64,000 nucleotides of DNA, taken from an uncultured Nitrospinota bacterium (lineage in GTDB: Bacteria; Tectomicrobia; Entotheonellia; J063; CAVPRW01). The notes below the pieces were generated by a model, which was given only the letters and a program-made list of their open reading frames with translations, was not told where the DNA came from and did not search any database. Location: positions 32,001-96,000 of the forward strand of contig CAVPRW010000006.1 of the NCBI GenBank assembly GCA_963707985.1. The letters are read 5' to 3'. The first letter of the stretch is position 1; each line of letters opens with the position of its first letter. The translations under genes and the position numbers were made by a program. Shown here piece after piece: positions 51,234 through 63,181 of the stretch.

Positions 51234-51701
51234 ATGCGGTCTCTCAGCACCGTGGCATTGGTCATATGGTTCAGCAGTATCGGCGCGGCGTCTGCCGCGG
51301 CACCATTGGCGCCGCCCTCTGGGTCCACAGCCGCCGAAGGGCCCAGCGTGAGCATCGCCCTGGGGCCAGGCATGTGGTTTACCCGCACGGAACTGTTTTT
51401 TGGGTCCCTCAAGCCTGACGGCTCCGTGGTGTCGGAGGAAGCCTTTCTGGGGTTTCTCTCGGCGGAAATTACCCCGCGCTTCCCCAACGGCTTGACCCTT
51501 CTGACGGGCCTTGGACAATTTCTCACCACGCAGGGGGTCGTGCATCAAGAGCCCTCTCGGCTGTTGATTCTCCTCTACCCTGTAGAGGAAGAGCGGGACA
51601 GCAGCGAGAAGATCGAACAGATTCGTGAGCAATACAAGCGCATGTTTCGCCAAGAGGCGGTCCTGCGGGCGGATCGATGTTGTGAGCTAGTCAGGTTCTA
51701 A
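51234..51701 (+). CDS. DUF3574 family exported protein
   Basis: RTELFFG, F...EITPRFP.GLT, GQF, E.S, Y...F.QEAVLR. Confidence 0.85.
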   Translation: MRSLSTVALVIWFSSIGAASAAAPLAPPSGSTAAEGPSVSIALGPGMWFTRTELFFGSLKPDGSVVSEEAFLGFLSAEITPRFPNGLTLLTGLGQFLTTQGVVHQEPSRLLILLYPVEEERDSSEKIEQIREQYKRMFRQEAVLRADRCCELVRF

Positions 51702-51753
51702 CGCGGGATGGTCGAACGTGTGGCCCAGTCGTGCTCGGGTTCGCTTGCGGTGC

Positions 51754-52620
51754 TTACGGCCTCATGATACCCAGCGCGTCAAGTGCCTGTGCGATCGGCC
51801 GACGGTCGACCAGTTGGGAGAGGTCGGGCTCTTTCCCCTTGAACAACCCGAGCGACTTCATCTTGGTTATCGTATACATCAGGCGTTGCTCTTCGAGGCC
51901 ATCGTTGAGGGGGAAAATCGTATTATTCACCAGAACCCTCTCGTACGTCTGGTCAATCACACCGACAGAGAAACCGGTGGCCTTGGCGGCGATCCGGATC
52001 GTGTCGGCTTTATGTTGGTACATAAATCGGTGGGCCTGGATCAGTCCCGTCAGGTAACGGATGGCAAGGTCGGGGTGTGCCGCGAGCCAGTCCTTTTTCG
52101 CGAAGTAGGTGCCATAGAAATAGTCGGGCTCGACTGTGTATAGATCGACAAGTACGTGGAACCTCGCATCGCGTTCGAGGATCTCGATCGCTTGCTCAGT
52201 CTGGAGAATTGCGGATTGGATTTGGCCCGCCAGCAGTGCTGGCACGTATCCGGGGGCGGAGACCGGCGCATAGTGCACATCCTGAGGCGTCAATTGAGCG
52301 CTTTCGAGCACCATACGGGTCATGACCTCGCGGAAGGCGCCGACATCCTGGATGCCCACGTGTTTGCCGCGCAGCTCCGCTGGCGCCTTCACCGTTTTGG
52401 GCGTGATCATCGAGACCGTAAGCCGGTTGGCATAAGTGCCAATGATCACGATATCGCCGCCAGCCACCGAGGCGTTCACCACAGGCTCGATATTGGCTCC
52501 ACCGATGGCGACCGCGTTGGCGACCACCGCCTGCACTACCTTCACGCCCGAGTCGAAGTTGAGGAGCGTGACGTCCAGCGCTTGTTGGGTTTAGGCCAAG
52601 TTGTAGAACCGAAGGGATCG
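51754..52620 (-). pseudogene. NitT/TauT-type ABC substrate-binding protein, N-terminally truncated
   Basis: ELRGK.VG, ALLAGQIQSA, W...HPD...RYL..L..A; no start or signal peptide before the IS boundary. Confidence 0.7.
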
Positions 52621-52718
52621 ACGCCGACCAGAAGGCTCTTGGAGCTTTGTCGATCTCTCGTAGTGCCTGTAAAATTTCCGGATTGGAGACATCAGATTTA
52701 TTAGGCTTGGCGTAAACG

Positions 52719-53959
52719 GGTAGCTCCACACTAAACCGTGGTCATGAGCACCAGCGTGCTATCAGGCGTTTCCGTGCCCGCGAGGGGCGCCCCCGCTGCG
52801 TGGAAGGCGTCCAGCGGGGTGGTGGCACGTGAAACGACAGCAGCTCCTGGACGGTCCAGCCATGATCCGTGATCCCGGCAGCCATGGCTAGGCGTCCTCT
52901 GGAGACACGTCATACCGGCCGCCGATGCCGTGCGGCGCAGACTGGCAGGGTACGTACAGAAGTTGTCGACACTGCCGATGCAGATACATCCCGTGCGGCC
53001 GCGTCAGCGGACGACGCGCCAGCGCTCTCCCGCGGCGTGTCAGCGACGCCAAGCGCTCCCGGAACGTCGCATGGAGCCGCTCGATGTCTGCGGTGTGGAT
53101 CACCCCGTGCCCTTGCGAGCGACGCCTGAGCGTCTCGACACGCGTGGGCGTGCCATCCACGATACGGCGCTCGATGTCGACCACGCGCCGCTGCACGTCG
53201 CGCTTCACGACCTGCGCGATGTCGAGATGGCGCCAGGGGCGCAGCCGAGGGCGCCCGGGCGCGCCTGTGCGTACCGGATCGCGACAGGTCTCACGCCTCG
53301 CCCGGACGTAGGCGGACAAGCCATCGGTGCACCGCAAGAGCGGAGCGGGCGCAGCACCGCGGCGCACGCGCTCGAGGAGCCGGCGAATCAGCGGCATATG
53401 ACGAGGCGCACTGACCTCGCCGGCCAGCCACAGCCGTGTCTTGACCATCATCGCCAGCGCCATCCACACGATGCCGCCCGGCGTCTTGACGCGGATCGCA
53501 TCGGCTGGCACCTGGCCCAGGTCTCGTGGGCGCTCCACCAGATGTTCCTGGACCGCCTGGCCCTGTCGGCCAGCGCGCGCCCCCCACGCCGCCACTGTCC
53601 GCGCATCGAACCCACAGGCGACGACGATCGCTTGCAGCGGACAGCCGTGCGCCAGAAGCGTGACCACGAGGCTGACCGTCTCTGCCGAGGTCCGCAGGCG
53701 GTACAACGCGGTGCCTGTCGTGGCGGTACACGTCTGGTGGCACGCCGTGCAGAGCCTCCGTTGGTCCTTGCGCGAGTGGAGACGAATATGGCCCTCGCCT
53801 GCTTGGCCTCGGGCGGGACATGCCACATTCGGGCAGAATACCGTCGTGGGGTCCATGACGATCCTCCTGGCTGTGCGTGGACACATGGCCAAGAGAAATA
53901 TGTCAGGACCCCCATTTCTTTTACAACCTCACTGCACCACGGTTTAGTGGGGAGCTACC
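52719..53959 (-). mobile_element. IS1-like element with 24-bp terminal inverted repeats; transposase about 53856 to 52890
   Basis: GGTAGCTCCACACTAAACCGTGGT (52719-52742) vs reverse complement of 53936-53959, 23/24 identical; Zn-ribbon FCPN..C...C..C, TDG...Y, IERL.AT.RERL. Confidence 0.85.
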
Positions 53960-53984
53960 CAATCTCCTCTGGGGAGGAGATCAT

Positions 53985-55643
53985 ATGGAACAAACCTACC
54001 GCAGTCAGATCTTGGATCATCTTGGCCTTGTCGCGGGCATGTTTGACGAACTTGGCATTGGCGACGTCATCGACCAAGCGACGCAACAAAACCCCGAAAT
54101 GCGCGACCTCACCGTCGGGGAAGCTGTCAAAGCTATGGTGCTCAATGGTCTGGGCTTTGTCAACCACGCGCTCTACCTCGTCCCGAGGTTCTTCCAGAAT
54201 AAGCCCACCTCTCGCCTCATTGCGCCCCGCGTGACCCCCGCACAGCTCAATGATGACGCCCTCGGTCGTGCCTTGGAGACGCTCTATGCCTATGGCGTGA
54301 CGGAGCTCTACAGTCTCATTGCCGCCACCGCAGCCAAACGCTTGGGCCGGACGCCGCGCTTGGCCCATCTTGATCGCACGAGCGTTCACGTCGATGGCCG
54401 TTATAACAGTGAGGAGGAGCCCGAGGCCGAGGTCATGCACATCACCCGAGGCTACAGCCGCGATCATCGGCCGGACCTCAACCAAGTGATGCTGGAGTTG
54501 ATTGTCGAGCATCAGGCCGGTATTCCTGTCCTGATGCAACCCCTCAGTGGCAATGCGAGTGATGGAAAAACATTTGGCCACGTCGTCAAGGCGTATGTTA
54601 CACAGTTACAAACGACCTATGGCACCACCTATCTCGTCGCGGATAGTGCCCTCTCTCATGAGGACAACCTCCGGCAACTCGCCGAGACCACGGTGAAGTG
54701 GATGACGCGTGTCCCGGCAACGTTGGGTGAAGCACAAGCCGCGCTGGCGCAGGCTGCCCCTTCTAGCATGCCCCTGCTCACCGAGGGGTATCGTTATCAA
54801 GTCTTGCACTCGACGTATGGAGGGGTCGCGCAACGCTGGCTGCTCCTCGCCTCTGAACACCGCTACGCCCAAGCACAGCGCACGGTCGACAAGCAGCTGC
54901 GCAAGCAAAGTGACCAGGAAGTCAAAGCGTTCACACAACTGTGTCGCACGACTTTCGCCTGTGAAGCGGATGCCCACCAGGCGCTGACGACCTTTGAGTA
55001 CAGCTTACAGGCGACATTCCTCCCCACGGTCACCGTACGTCCCACACCACGCTATGGCAAGCGGGGGCGACCGCGCCCGATGCCCAACCCGCCCGCGTGG
55101 TCTATACGATCGAAGGCGCCCTCGCCTCCGCCCTCGCGCCTCGTCAGGCGCTGATCGATCAGCACCGGTGTTTCATCCTAGCCACCAATGAGCTGGATGA
55201 GGCGACGTTGTCGCCCCAGGAGGTGCTCAACGGATACAAAGGGCAGGCTCACGCAGAACGTGGGTTTCGTTTCCTGAAAGACCCCCAGTTTTTGGCCGCC
55301 TCGCTCTATCGCAAAAAGCCCGAACGGATCATGGCCCTCTTGATGGTGATGACCGTGTGCTTGTTGGTGTATGCCGCCATAGAGTACCGTATTCGTAAGG
55401 CGCTCAAGGACCATAACGCGACGTTTCCTAACCAAAAGGGCCAACCGGTGCAGAATCCGACAGCACGCCGGGTGTTCCAGCACTTTGGCGGGATTCATGT
55501 CCGCCGCATTCCTGGGCAGTGGGACCTCTTGGTGGTGAATCTCACAGAGCAACATCAGCAGCTGCTTGAGCTGCTCGGCAAATCTTATACGCGATTTTAT
55601 CGTTGAATATTCATGAAGATGAACGAGGCGATGCGGAATGTCG
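53985..55643 (+). mobile_element. IS1634-family transposase (frameshift near 55080) with right end
   Basis: LDHLGLVAG..DELG, GYSRDHRPDL.Q, VADSAL, YKGQ..AERGFRFLKD, KKPERI.AL; ends GAATGTCGG. Confidence 0.85.
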
Positions 55644-55856
55644 GCTGAAATCCAATCCCGCGTTTTTGACGAGCTCTGCCGGCAATGGGGAGATTGCCCG
55701 GGGCAAGATGCTTTTGATGCGCTCAAGCGCGTTTACGTCGAAACGGTTGGCGAAGGGACCTTACGACCTTTCGTTGAAAGCCGGTTGGCCGCTTTGGTGG
55801 AGGGTGATTCAGGCACAGTCGCAGGCGTCCTCGCTCAATTGGCGCTTGATGCGGTC

Positions 55857-57130
55857 TGAGGTGCTCCCCATTGTCAAGACCATTTTGGGGGCAAATTAAG
55901 TTAAGTTTCAAGGGCCTCAATTGAATACTTTGCCCTAACCCGTTACAGGCTTCTGTTCTCAGCCCTGGTAGACCGCTGCTGGCGTGCGGTAGCCCAGGGC
56001 CTGATGGAGCCGTTCCTCGTTGTAAAACGCAAAGTAGCGGGCCAACCGGTGGCGCGCGTCCCACGCGCTTTGGTAGTCTCGCACATAGACCTCCTCGTAC
56101 TTCACACGTCCGCCACAACCGCTCCACAAACACGTTGATCGAGGGCCCGGCCGCGGCCATCCATACTGATCCGCACCCCTCCTTGCTGCAGCCGCTCGGT
56201 GAAGGCCAGACTCGTCAACTGCGCCCCTTGATCGGTATTGAAAATCTCCGGCTGGCCTTGCCGGAGGGCCTGCTCCAGGGCCTCCACACAAAACGCCACG
56301 TCCATCGTGATCGACACCGCCCAGGACAACACATACCGGCTGAACCAATCGATCACCGCCACCAGGTACACAAACCCGAGGCCAAGCGGATATAGGTGAT
56401 ATCCGCACTCCAGACCTGATTGACCCGGCCAATCGTCACCCCGCGCAGGAGATCGGGGTCGATCGTGTGGCCCGCGGCCGGCTGGCTGAGCCGGGGCTTG
56501 GGATAGATCGCCTCCAACCCCATCTGCCGCAGCAGCCGACGGATGTGCTTGGGATTGACGGCATAGCCCTGGCTGCCGCAGCCACGCCGTCATCCGGCGC
56601 ACGCCATAAAACGGGGTCTCGGTATATTGCGCGTCCAGCAACCGCATCAGCTGTAGGTCCTCTCGCTCGCCAACCGGCTGATGTCGCCGACCGGGCCACC
56701 CCCAGCAGGGCGCACTGCCGACGAAGACTCAGCTGGGGATGCGCGGGCTCAAGGAGCGCCCGTTTCGCCTCCACGGGCAAGGCCAACTTTTTTTTCAGCC
56801 AGTCGAGCTCGACGTTCAGCTGGCCGATCTGCTGGTACAATGCGGCCTTGAGCGCCTCCTCCTGCTTTCTGCTTGGTACCACGTCGGCTGGAGAACAGCG
56901 TGGGCAACTCTTCGAGCGCCACTGTTCTTCCACTGGGCGATCTGCACCGGATGCACCCCATAGGCCGCCGCCAGTTCCTGCAGCGTCCGCTCGCCCCGGA
57001 TCGCTTCCAGGGCGACCTTGGCCTTGAACTCACCGCTATGCTGCCGCCGCGGCATCGTCATGGATGCACTCCTCCTTGCGGCCCTCACCAGCTAACTTAT
57101 TCGGTGGTCCAAATTTTGGGGAGCATTATA
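55857..57130 (-). mobile_element. IS3-family element (orfA/orfB) with terminal IRs
   Basis: orfA FKAKVALEA, LYQQIGQL.VELDWLKKK; A8G slippery run at 56787-56795; orfB YGVRRM, VIDWFSRYV, FNTDQG.Q, ERLWR, YN.ER.HQ.LGY.TP; imperfect IRs containing TGCTCCCCA...GACCA at both ends. Confidence 0.9.
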
Positions 57131-57767
57131 CGGCCATGCAGCTGACGCCGATATTGTATGTCGTCCCATCATTCGAGTGTACAGCCAGACGAGAGATGAT
57201 GCGCCCCAAACAAGATGCCTAGATGTAATCGATCGCATGGTACAGACGCGAGCCCTTGGATTCGAAAGGGCGTTAGCGCTTTATGACCGCTAAACTAAAT
57301 CAATGCATGAGCCCTTGCTGATCATACTCAACCTTTCAGGGGTGCCTTGGTGCAAGTGGCGCTTGGGCACTCAGAGTCCCCTCCGGGTTTGTCGAAGTCA
57401 TCCTGATAGCTGTGGCTACGCTCAAGCAGCAATACCATAACGTCCTCGATTACGTGCCGCAGTCTGCGAGGCGGTGCTCCGGGATGCGGCACCACCGTCG
57501 TGGATTCCGATCTTAGCCGAACGCGAGAATCTCATCTGCCCCGCCGCATTGGCTGCTCTATATAGGCGAACGCTGACGTTTAAAAATGCTCGCTTGCACC
57601 GCGGCGCCTGATGGCCCCGCACATGGTAGTGGCTACCCTGAAGGCGCAATATGCAGGCAACTGCTAGGTTACCACGAGTCGATCAGCGTCAGTAAGAGCC
57701 TGGAGATTATTACCCATGAGCTATAGACATTGACAAGTTGGTGAGCGTCGGACTATCCTGGTATATA

Positions 57768-58203
57768 ATGCTGGAGCGATCATCATGGCGAGTCTATCAA
57801 TGTCCTCCCACGGCGCGCAGATTATGTGGTCTGTCGATCCTCCTGGTGCTGATGAGCCTGGGTGGGTGCACGGCGCCGACTTATCTCGACGGTGCCGCCC
57901 GCAGACATCGCGGACCAGCAATATCACGGACTGTCTCCAATTGTCCCAACCCAGCCCATCGTTCGCGACCAACATCTGGGTGAATTGCAGGCTGACATGC
58001 GCTACCAAGAAGACCAGTTGTCCCAGGCCGAGGAGCAGCGCCTGCGGGCCTGCCGCACTCCCGAAGCCACCCAAGTGGACTCGGTGGCCTATCAGCGTTG
58101 CCAACTTAAGGATCAACTGTACGAACAGCTCAAAGCTGCGGCTGCGATGGCCAGGGATCGTTATCTCCGGGCAGTGAGTGGCCGTGGAGGTACCGGTCGC
58201 TAG
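57768..58203 (+). CDS. Hypothetical lipoprotein (frameshift near 57885)
   Basis: LSILLVLMSLGGC lipobox, continuing in a helical frame with a Cys pair. Confidence 0.5.
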
Positions 58204-58323
58204 CTCTCCCATCCCCTCTGCACCATGCCTGCATGAATGCTCGCCACACAAAGGGACTGAGTAGGCCCTTCTAAGCACGGTTCCCCATAATTTTTTATAT
58301 CTACCGATTGTCCTAGCAAATAA

Positions 58324-58353
58324 CTTGACAATTACACACTCATGTATTATGTT
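58324..58353 (+). promoter_or_regulatory. sigma70 promoter overlapped by a HAIR-like (HspR) operator
   Basis: TTGACA (58325-58330) - 17 nt - TATGTT (58348-58353); CTTGACA-N7-ACTCATG (58324-58344) matches 11/14 of CTTGAGT-N7-ACTCAAG. Confidence 0.65.
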
Positions 58354-58401
58354 TAGTCACGATCTGCAAGAGCATCAGCAAATTGGGGTGGGGGAAAGAC
58401 T

Positions 58402-59319
58402 ATGGGGGAGCGGGTTCAGTCGCTCAGTCAGGTATTGTTACAGACGGCCTGCACGGTTGCGAACGCGGTCAGGGCGCAGGCGCTATTTTTATGTACGGAC
58501 TCCCCGAAGCATGTGGCGTTGGTTGAGCCCCTGCTGGAGAAGACCAGCATCGTGCTGGTGACCAGGAACCCCGAGAATCTGGAAGAAGACTATCCGCACG
58601 TGCAACACCTCATCCAGATGCCGAACATCGATCTCAGCCGTATGGGGCAGATCAAGCTCGCCGTGTTAATGGCGCTTTCCGCCGGCATCGTGTGCGGCAA
58701 AGATCGCATCGTATGTGTCTCGGGGCTACCCCGTCTGCGTCATCTGGATAATGTTCTAGTGCTTGATCTGGGACGGGAGTTCGAGCTCCTGACGACTAAC
58801 AAAGGGGCCAATATGGTCGGTTCGGTGCGGCCGGAAGTGTTTGAAGGGGTGTTAAACCTCGCCATCGAACTGGCCAATCAGGGGCGTGAAGGGAAGCCGG
58901 TGGGGACGATCTTCGCCCTTGGCGATCATGAGAAGGTCTTACAGCTCTCGCGCCAGCTGGTGATGAACCCATTTCATGGCTACCCTGAGGAAGACCGCAA
59001 TATCCTGGACCCGAATTTGCGCGAGACGATCCGCGAATTCGCAGCCATCGATGGGGCGTTTGTGATCCGCGATGATGGGGTCGTCATGGCCGCCGGGCGA
59101 CATCTGAATGCCGCCCTGGAAGAAGGGGAACTGCCCCGAGGTTTAGGCAGTCGGCATGTCGCCGGAGCCGGCATTACCGCCGTGACTGATGCCGTGGCTA
59201 TTGCCATCTCGGAATCGGATGGGGCTGTGCGAATTTTTAAGCAGGGTGCCATCTTTATGGAAATCGAAAAGGCCTCACGGTCAGCGGTATCTAGTTCAGG
59301 AGCAAGGCTCGTGGTCTAA
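58402..59319 (+). CDS. dacZ: Diadenylate cyclase, DacZ/CdaZ-type (pyruvate-kinase-C-like N domain + DisA_N/DAC domain)
   Basis: GREGKPVGT.F, NPF.G, EFAAIDGAFVI, GLGSRH.A.A.IT, AIAISESDG.VRIF. Confidence 0.8.
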   Translation: MGERVQSLSQVLLQTACTVANAVRAQALFLCTDSPKHVALVEPLLEKTSIVLVTRNPENLEEDYPHVQHLIQMPNIDLSRMGQIKLAVLMALSAGIVCGKDRIVCVSGLPRLRHLDNVLVLDLGREFELLTTNKGANMVGSVRPEVFEGVLNLAIELANQGREGKPVGTIFALGDHEKVLQLSRQLVMNPFHGYPEEDRNILDPNLRETIREFAAIDGAFVIRDDGVVMAAGRHLNAALEEGELPRGLGSRHVAGAGITAVTDAVAIAISESDGAVRIFKQGAIFMEIEKASRSAVSSSGARLVV

Positions 59320-59454
59320 CGTGCTGGAAGCGGCGGGTTGGGGGGCACGACGTGAGCTGTCCCCCCCAGGTAGCATGGTCTCATCACTGACGGCTGGGAT
59401 CGACGTCATCGTGTCAGATCCTATCGTAAGCGAACGGTAAGGAGGTAACGATTC

Positions 59455-61386
59455 ATGGCAACAAAGATCATTGGCATCGACCTGGGCACCACAAACTCGG
59501 TGGTGGCGATCATGGAGGGCGGGGAGCCCAAGGTCATCATCAATGAAGAAGGTAGTCGCTTAACCCCCTCAGTGGTCGGGTTTACCAAGGAAGGGGAAGT
59601 GCTCGTTGGCCAGGTGGCGAAACGGCAGGCGATCATCAACCCCGAAAATACCATCTACTCCATCAAGCGCTTCATGGGCCGTCGGTGGGATGAGGTGCAG
59701 GATGAGCTGAAGTTGGTACCCTATAAGGTGGTGCGTGGGCCTAGCGATGCAGTTCGCGTGGTGGTGCGCGACAAAGAGTACACGCCGCAGCAGATCTCGG
59801 CGTTTATCCTGCAGAAGCTGAAAAAGGCGGCAGAGAATTACCTGGGCGAGTCGGTGAGTGAAGCCGTCATTACTGTGCCAGCCTATTTCAATGATTCTCA
59901 GCGCCAAGCAACCAAAGAGGCGGGTGAGATTGCGGGCTTGAACGTGCGCCGGATCATCAATGAACCGACAGCGTCGGCATTGGCGTATGGGCTTGATAAG
60001 AAAAAAGATGAGGTGGTGTCGGTCTATGACTTCGGGGGTGGTACCTTCGATATCTCTATTCTCGAGGTCGCCGACAAAGTGGTTGAGGTCAAGGCTACGG
60101 CGGGTGATACCCATTTGGGCGGGGACGACCTGGACCAGCGCGTCATCGACTGGTTGGTGGCAGAGTTCAAAAAAGATCAAGGCATCGATCTATCCAAGGA
60201 TAAGATGGCGATGCAACGCCTCAAGGAAGCTGCTGAAAAAGCTAAAATCGAGCTTTCGTCTACCCTGGAGACGGAGATCAATCTCCCCTTCATCACGGCG
60301 GACGCCAGCGGCCCCAAGCATCTCAGCATGAAACTGACACGGGGGCGCTTTGAGCAGATGGTTGCTGACCTGATCGATCGAACCAAAGGCCCCTGTCTAC
60401 AAGCGCTGAAAGACAGCGGCTTGACCACGGAACAGATCGATGAGGCAGTGCTGGTGGGTGGGTCGACCCGCGTGCCGAAGGTTCATGAGCTGGTAAAGCA
60501 GCTGTTCGCCCGTGAGCCCCATCAGGGGGTGAATCCTGATGAGGTGGTGGCGCTCGGCGCTGCGGTGCAAGCCGGCGTGTTGGCAGGCGACGTGAAGGAC
60601 ATCCTCTTGCTCGATGTCACACCGCTGTCGTTGGGGATCGAGACATTGGGTGGGGTGATGACGACTCTCATCGCACGCAACACGACCATCCCGACGCGCA
60701 AATCTGAAATCTTCACCACGGCGGCTGATGGTCAGACCAGTGTCGAGATCCATGTGATGCAAGGGGAACGGCCGATGGCGCGTGATAACCGCACCCTTGG
60801 GCGCTTCCATCTGGTGGGCATCCCCCCCGCACAACGGGGCGTACCCCAAGTGGAAGTGACCTTTGACATCGATGCCAATGGCATACTGCATGTCTCGGCA
60901 CGTGATCAAGGGACGGGGAAAGAGCAGGCCATCACCATCACGGCGTCTACGGGACTCACAAAGGACGAAATCGACCGCATGGTGAAGGAGTCCGAAGCGA
61001 ACGCCGCTGAGGATGCCAAGCGACGGGAAGACATTGAGCTGCGCAACAAGCTCGACGCGGACGTGTATGCGACGGAAAAGCTGCTCAGCGAGAACCGCGA
61101 CAAACTCGACAATAGTGAGGTCGAGCCGGTCGAAGCGGCCCTGAAGGAGGCGAAAAGCGCTCTGGAAGAGGGACAGGCCGAGCGTATCAAGGCGGCCACA
61201 GATCAGTTGCAAAAGGCGTCTTTCCGCCTGGGCGAGCTGATGTACCAGCGGACCCAGAGCGCGCAAACACCTACGGACGGCGACGCACAAAATGCCGGAC
61301 CAAACCCCGGAGGCCAGGCGCGCAGTGGACGCGACGATGTCGTAGATGCGGAATTCGAAGAGACCGATAAATCGGATCGTCGCTAA
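59455..61386 (+). CDS. dnaK: Hsp70 chaperone DnaK
   Basis: [50 protein letters not shown]. Confidence 0.98.
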   Translation: MATKIIGIDLGTTNSVVAIMEGGEPKVIINEEGSRLTPSVVGFTKEGEVLVGQVAKRQAIINPENTIYSIKRFMGRRWDEVQDELKLVPYKVVRGPSDAVRVVVRDKEYTPQQISAFILQKLKKAAENYLGESVSEAVITVPAYFNDSQRQATKEAGEIAGLNVRRIINEPTASALAYGLDKKKDEVVSVYDFGGGTFDISILEVADKVVEVKATAGDTHLGGDDLDQRVIDWLVAEFKKDQGIDLSKDKMAMQRLKEAAEKAKIELSSTLETEINLPFITADASGPKHLSMKLTRGRFEQMVADLIDRTKGPCLQALKDSGLTTEQIDEAVLVGGSTRVPKVHELVKQLFAREPHQGVNPDEVVALGAAVQAGVLAGDVKDILLLDVTPLSLGIETLGGVMTTLIARNTTIPTRKSEIFTTAADGQTSVEIHVMQGERPMARDNRTLGRFHLVGIPPAQRGVPQVEVTFDIDANGILHVSARDQGTGKEQAITITASTGLTKDEIDRMVKESEANAAEDAKRREDIELRNKLDADVYATEKLLSENRDKLDNSEVEPVEAALKEAKSALEEGQAERIKAATDQLQKASFRLGELMYQRTQSAQTPTDGDAQNAGPNPGGQARSGRDDVVDAEFEETDKSDRR

Positions 61387-61389
61387 CAC

Positions 61390-61445
61390 CATCCTCCCCC
61401 CGCGGGCGCGCGCTGGGTACAGCGCGCTTGCCCGGGGGGAGGATG
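61390..61445 (+). terminator. Long GC-rich stem-loop after dnaK (attenuator or mRNA stabiliser; no U-tract)
   Basis: CATCCTCCCCCC...GCGCGCTG-GGTA-CAGCGCGC...GGGGGGAGGATG. Confidence 0.6.
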
Positions 61446-61593
61446 AGTAGGTATAGCCCAAGCGAGTCCAGGTGGAAGTGCAGTAGCCCGAACCTGGCAG
61501 TGGGCAGGTTACCATGTGCCACGGGGTGGTAGCCCCTGGAAACTAGGGACACCGTGCAACAGTATACCTGGAGTGAAGGGCTGAGGACAGATT

Positions 61594-62724
61594 ATGGCGA
61601 TCGGATCAACGACAAAGCGCGATTTTTATGAAACACTTGGGGTCAAGCGTGCGGCCACGGACAAAGAGATCAAGAAAGCCTATCGGCGACTGGCTCGTGA
61701 GCATCACCCCGACCTGAACCCAGGGAATAAGGAGGCCGAGCGCCGTTTCAAGGAGATCTCGGAAGCCTATCATGTCCTCAGCAATGCCGACCTCCGGAAG
61801 AAATATGACCAATTTGGTCATCGTGCCTTTGAGCCGGGGGCAGGTGCGGGCAGTGGATTTGACGGGACGGACTTCAGCAATTTCAATGTACGCGATTTCG
61901 ATTTTGGCAAAGGCGGGGGCGGCTTCGGTGACATCTTTGAGAACCTGTTTGGCCAACGACGCGAGAGTCAGACACGGGCTGCTACGCGCGGCCAGGATCT
62001 GCAATATACCATGGAGATCAGCTTCGAAGACGCCGCACGGGGTGTGACTGCCCCCATCTCCATTACGCGTAGTGACCCATGCCCGGAGTGCGCGGGATAC
62101 GGTCAACGGCCCTCGTCGCGGCGCCAAACTTGTCCAGAGTGTGGGGGCAGTGGCCAGCGGCAAGGCGGCAAGGGATTTTTTGGCTTAGGCCAAGCATGTC
62201 CCCGTTGTGAAGGGGTGGGAACGACGACCGGCGAGCCATGCTCGCGCTGTCACGGACGTGGGGTCATGCCGACGACAGAGCGCATTAGTGTAAAGATTCC
62301 GCCTGGGGTCGACACTGGTTCGAAGATCCGCGTGGCCGGTAAGGGAGAGGCCGGACGGAGTGGCGCTCCCGTGGGAGACCTCTATATTTTGACCAAAGTC
62401 CGCCCGCATCCCCTCTACGAACGTAAGGGTGACAATCTCTATATCGACGTCCCCACCACGGTGACAGAGGCGGCATTAGGCGCATCGATCGAGGTGCAAA
62501 CCCTTGACGGTCCGGTCATGATGAAAATTCCGCCCGCCACCCAGAGCGGGCAGACGTTCCGCCTTTCTGGGAAAGGCATGCCTCACCTGAAAGGGGAAGG
62601 CCGCGGGGATCAGTTTGTGCGAGTCAAGATTGTCTTGCCGAAGAATCTGGATGAGCGCTCCCAGCAACTCTTGCGTGACTTCGAACGGTTAAATCCCTAT
62701 AACCCGCGCATGGAACGTCCATGA
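61594..62724 (+). CDS. dnaJ: Class A J-domain co-chaperone DnaJ
   Basis: HPD motif, G/F region with DIF, four CxxCxGxG repeats. Confidence 0.97.
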   Translation: MAIGSTTKRDFYETLGVKRAATDKEIKKAYRRLAREHHPDLNPGNKEAERRFKEISEAYHVLSNADLRKKYDQFGHRAFEPGAGAGSGFDGTDFSNFNVRDFDFGKGGGGFGDIFENLFGQRRESQTRAATRGQDLQYTMEISFEDAARGVTAPISITRSDPCPECAGYGQRPSSRRQTCPECGGSGQRQGGKGFFGLGQACPRCEGVGTTTGEPCSRCHGRGVMPTTERISVKIPPGVDTGSKIRVAGKGEAGRSGAPVGDLYILTKVRPHPLYERKGDNLYIDVPTTVTEAALGASIEVQTLDGPVMMKIPPATQSGQTFRLSGKGMPHLKGEGRGDQFVRVKIVLPKNLDERSQQLLRDFERLNPYNPRMERP

Positions 62725-62725
62725 G

Positions 62726-63181
62726 GTGAAGAGTATGGAGAGGCATCAAGGAGTCTGGGACGAGTTTGTCCGTTTCGAGGAGCCGGACAATGACGAGTTG
62801 GGCGAATATTTTACCATCAGCATTGTCTCGAGTATGTACGGCGTCCACCCGCAAACACTACGTCTTTACGAGCGGGAGGGACTGCTGATCCCCCACCGCT
62901 CGGAGGGAAATCGCCGGCTGTACTCTCGTGAAGATCTGCGGCGTTTGAAGATTATTCTCAGCTTGACACGCGAGTTGGGCGTGAATTTGGCTGGTGTCGA
63001 GATCATTCTCGGGATGCGCGATCGGATGCGTGCCTTGCAGCAGGAAGTGCAGGAGTTTGTCAAGCACCTGCAACGTGAGGTCATGCGGGAGGCCGCACAA
63101 CAGCAAGAGGGCCGCGACATGCCCATTCCCGTGCGTATGGTTTCGACCCAATTGGCACGAGTGAAGGAGGCAGCATCATGA
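62726..63181 (+). CDS. hspR: MerR-family heat-shock repressor HspR
   Basis: IS.V...[42 protein letters not shown]; directly after dnaJ. Confidence 0.9.
   Translation: MKSMERHQGVWDEFVRFEEPDNDELGEYFTISIVSSMYGVHPQTLRLYEREGLLIPHRSEGNRRLYSREDLRRLKIILSLTRELGVNLAGVEIILGMRDRMRALQQEVQEFVKHLQREVMREAAQQQEGRDMPIPVRMVSTQLARVKEAAS

Noticed and set aside
57400..57650. Possible structured RNA or attC-like element
   Set aside because: Only short GC-rich stems; box spacing is inconsistent with attC or any riboswitch I recognise
58351..58370. Second HAIR-like site GTTTAGT...CTGCAAG
   Set aside because: Spacing is 6 rather than 7 and the match is weak; not supportable on its own
57350..59454. CIRCE (HrcA operator) upstream of the chaperone cluster
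   Set aside because: No TTAGCACTC-N9-GAGTGCTAA match; GGGCACTC at about 57365 lacks a properly spaced partner
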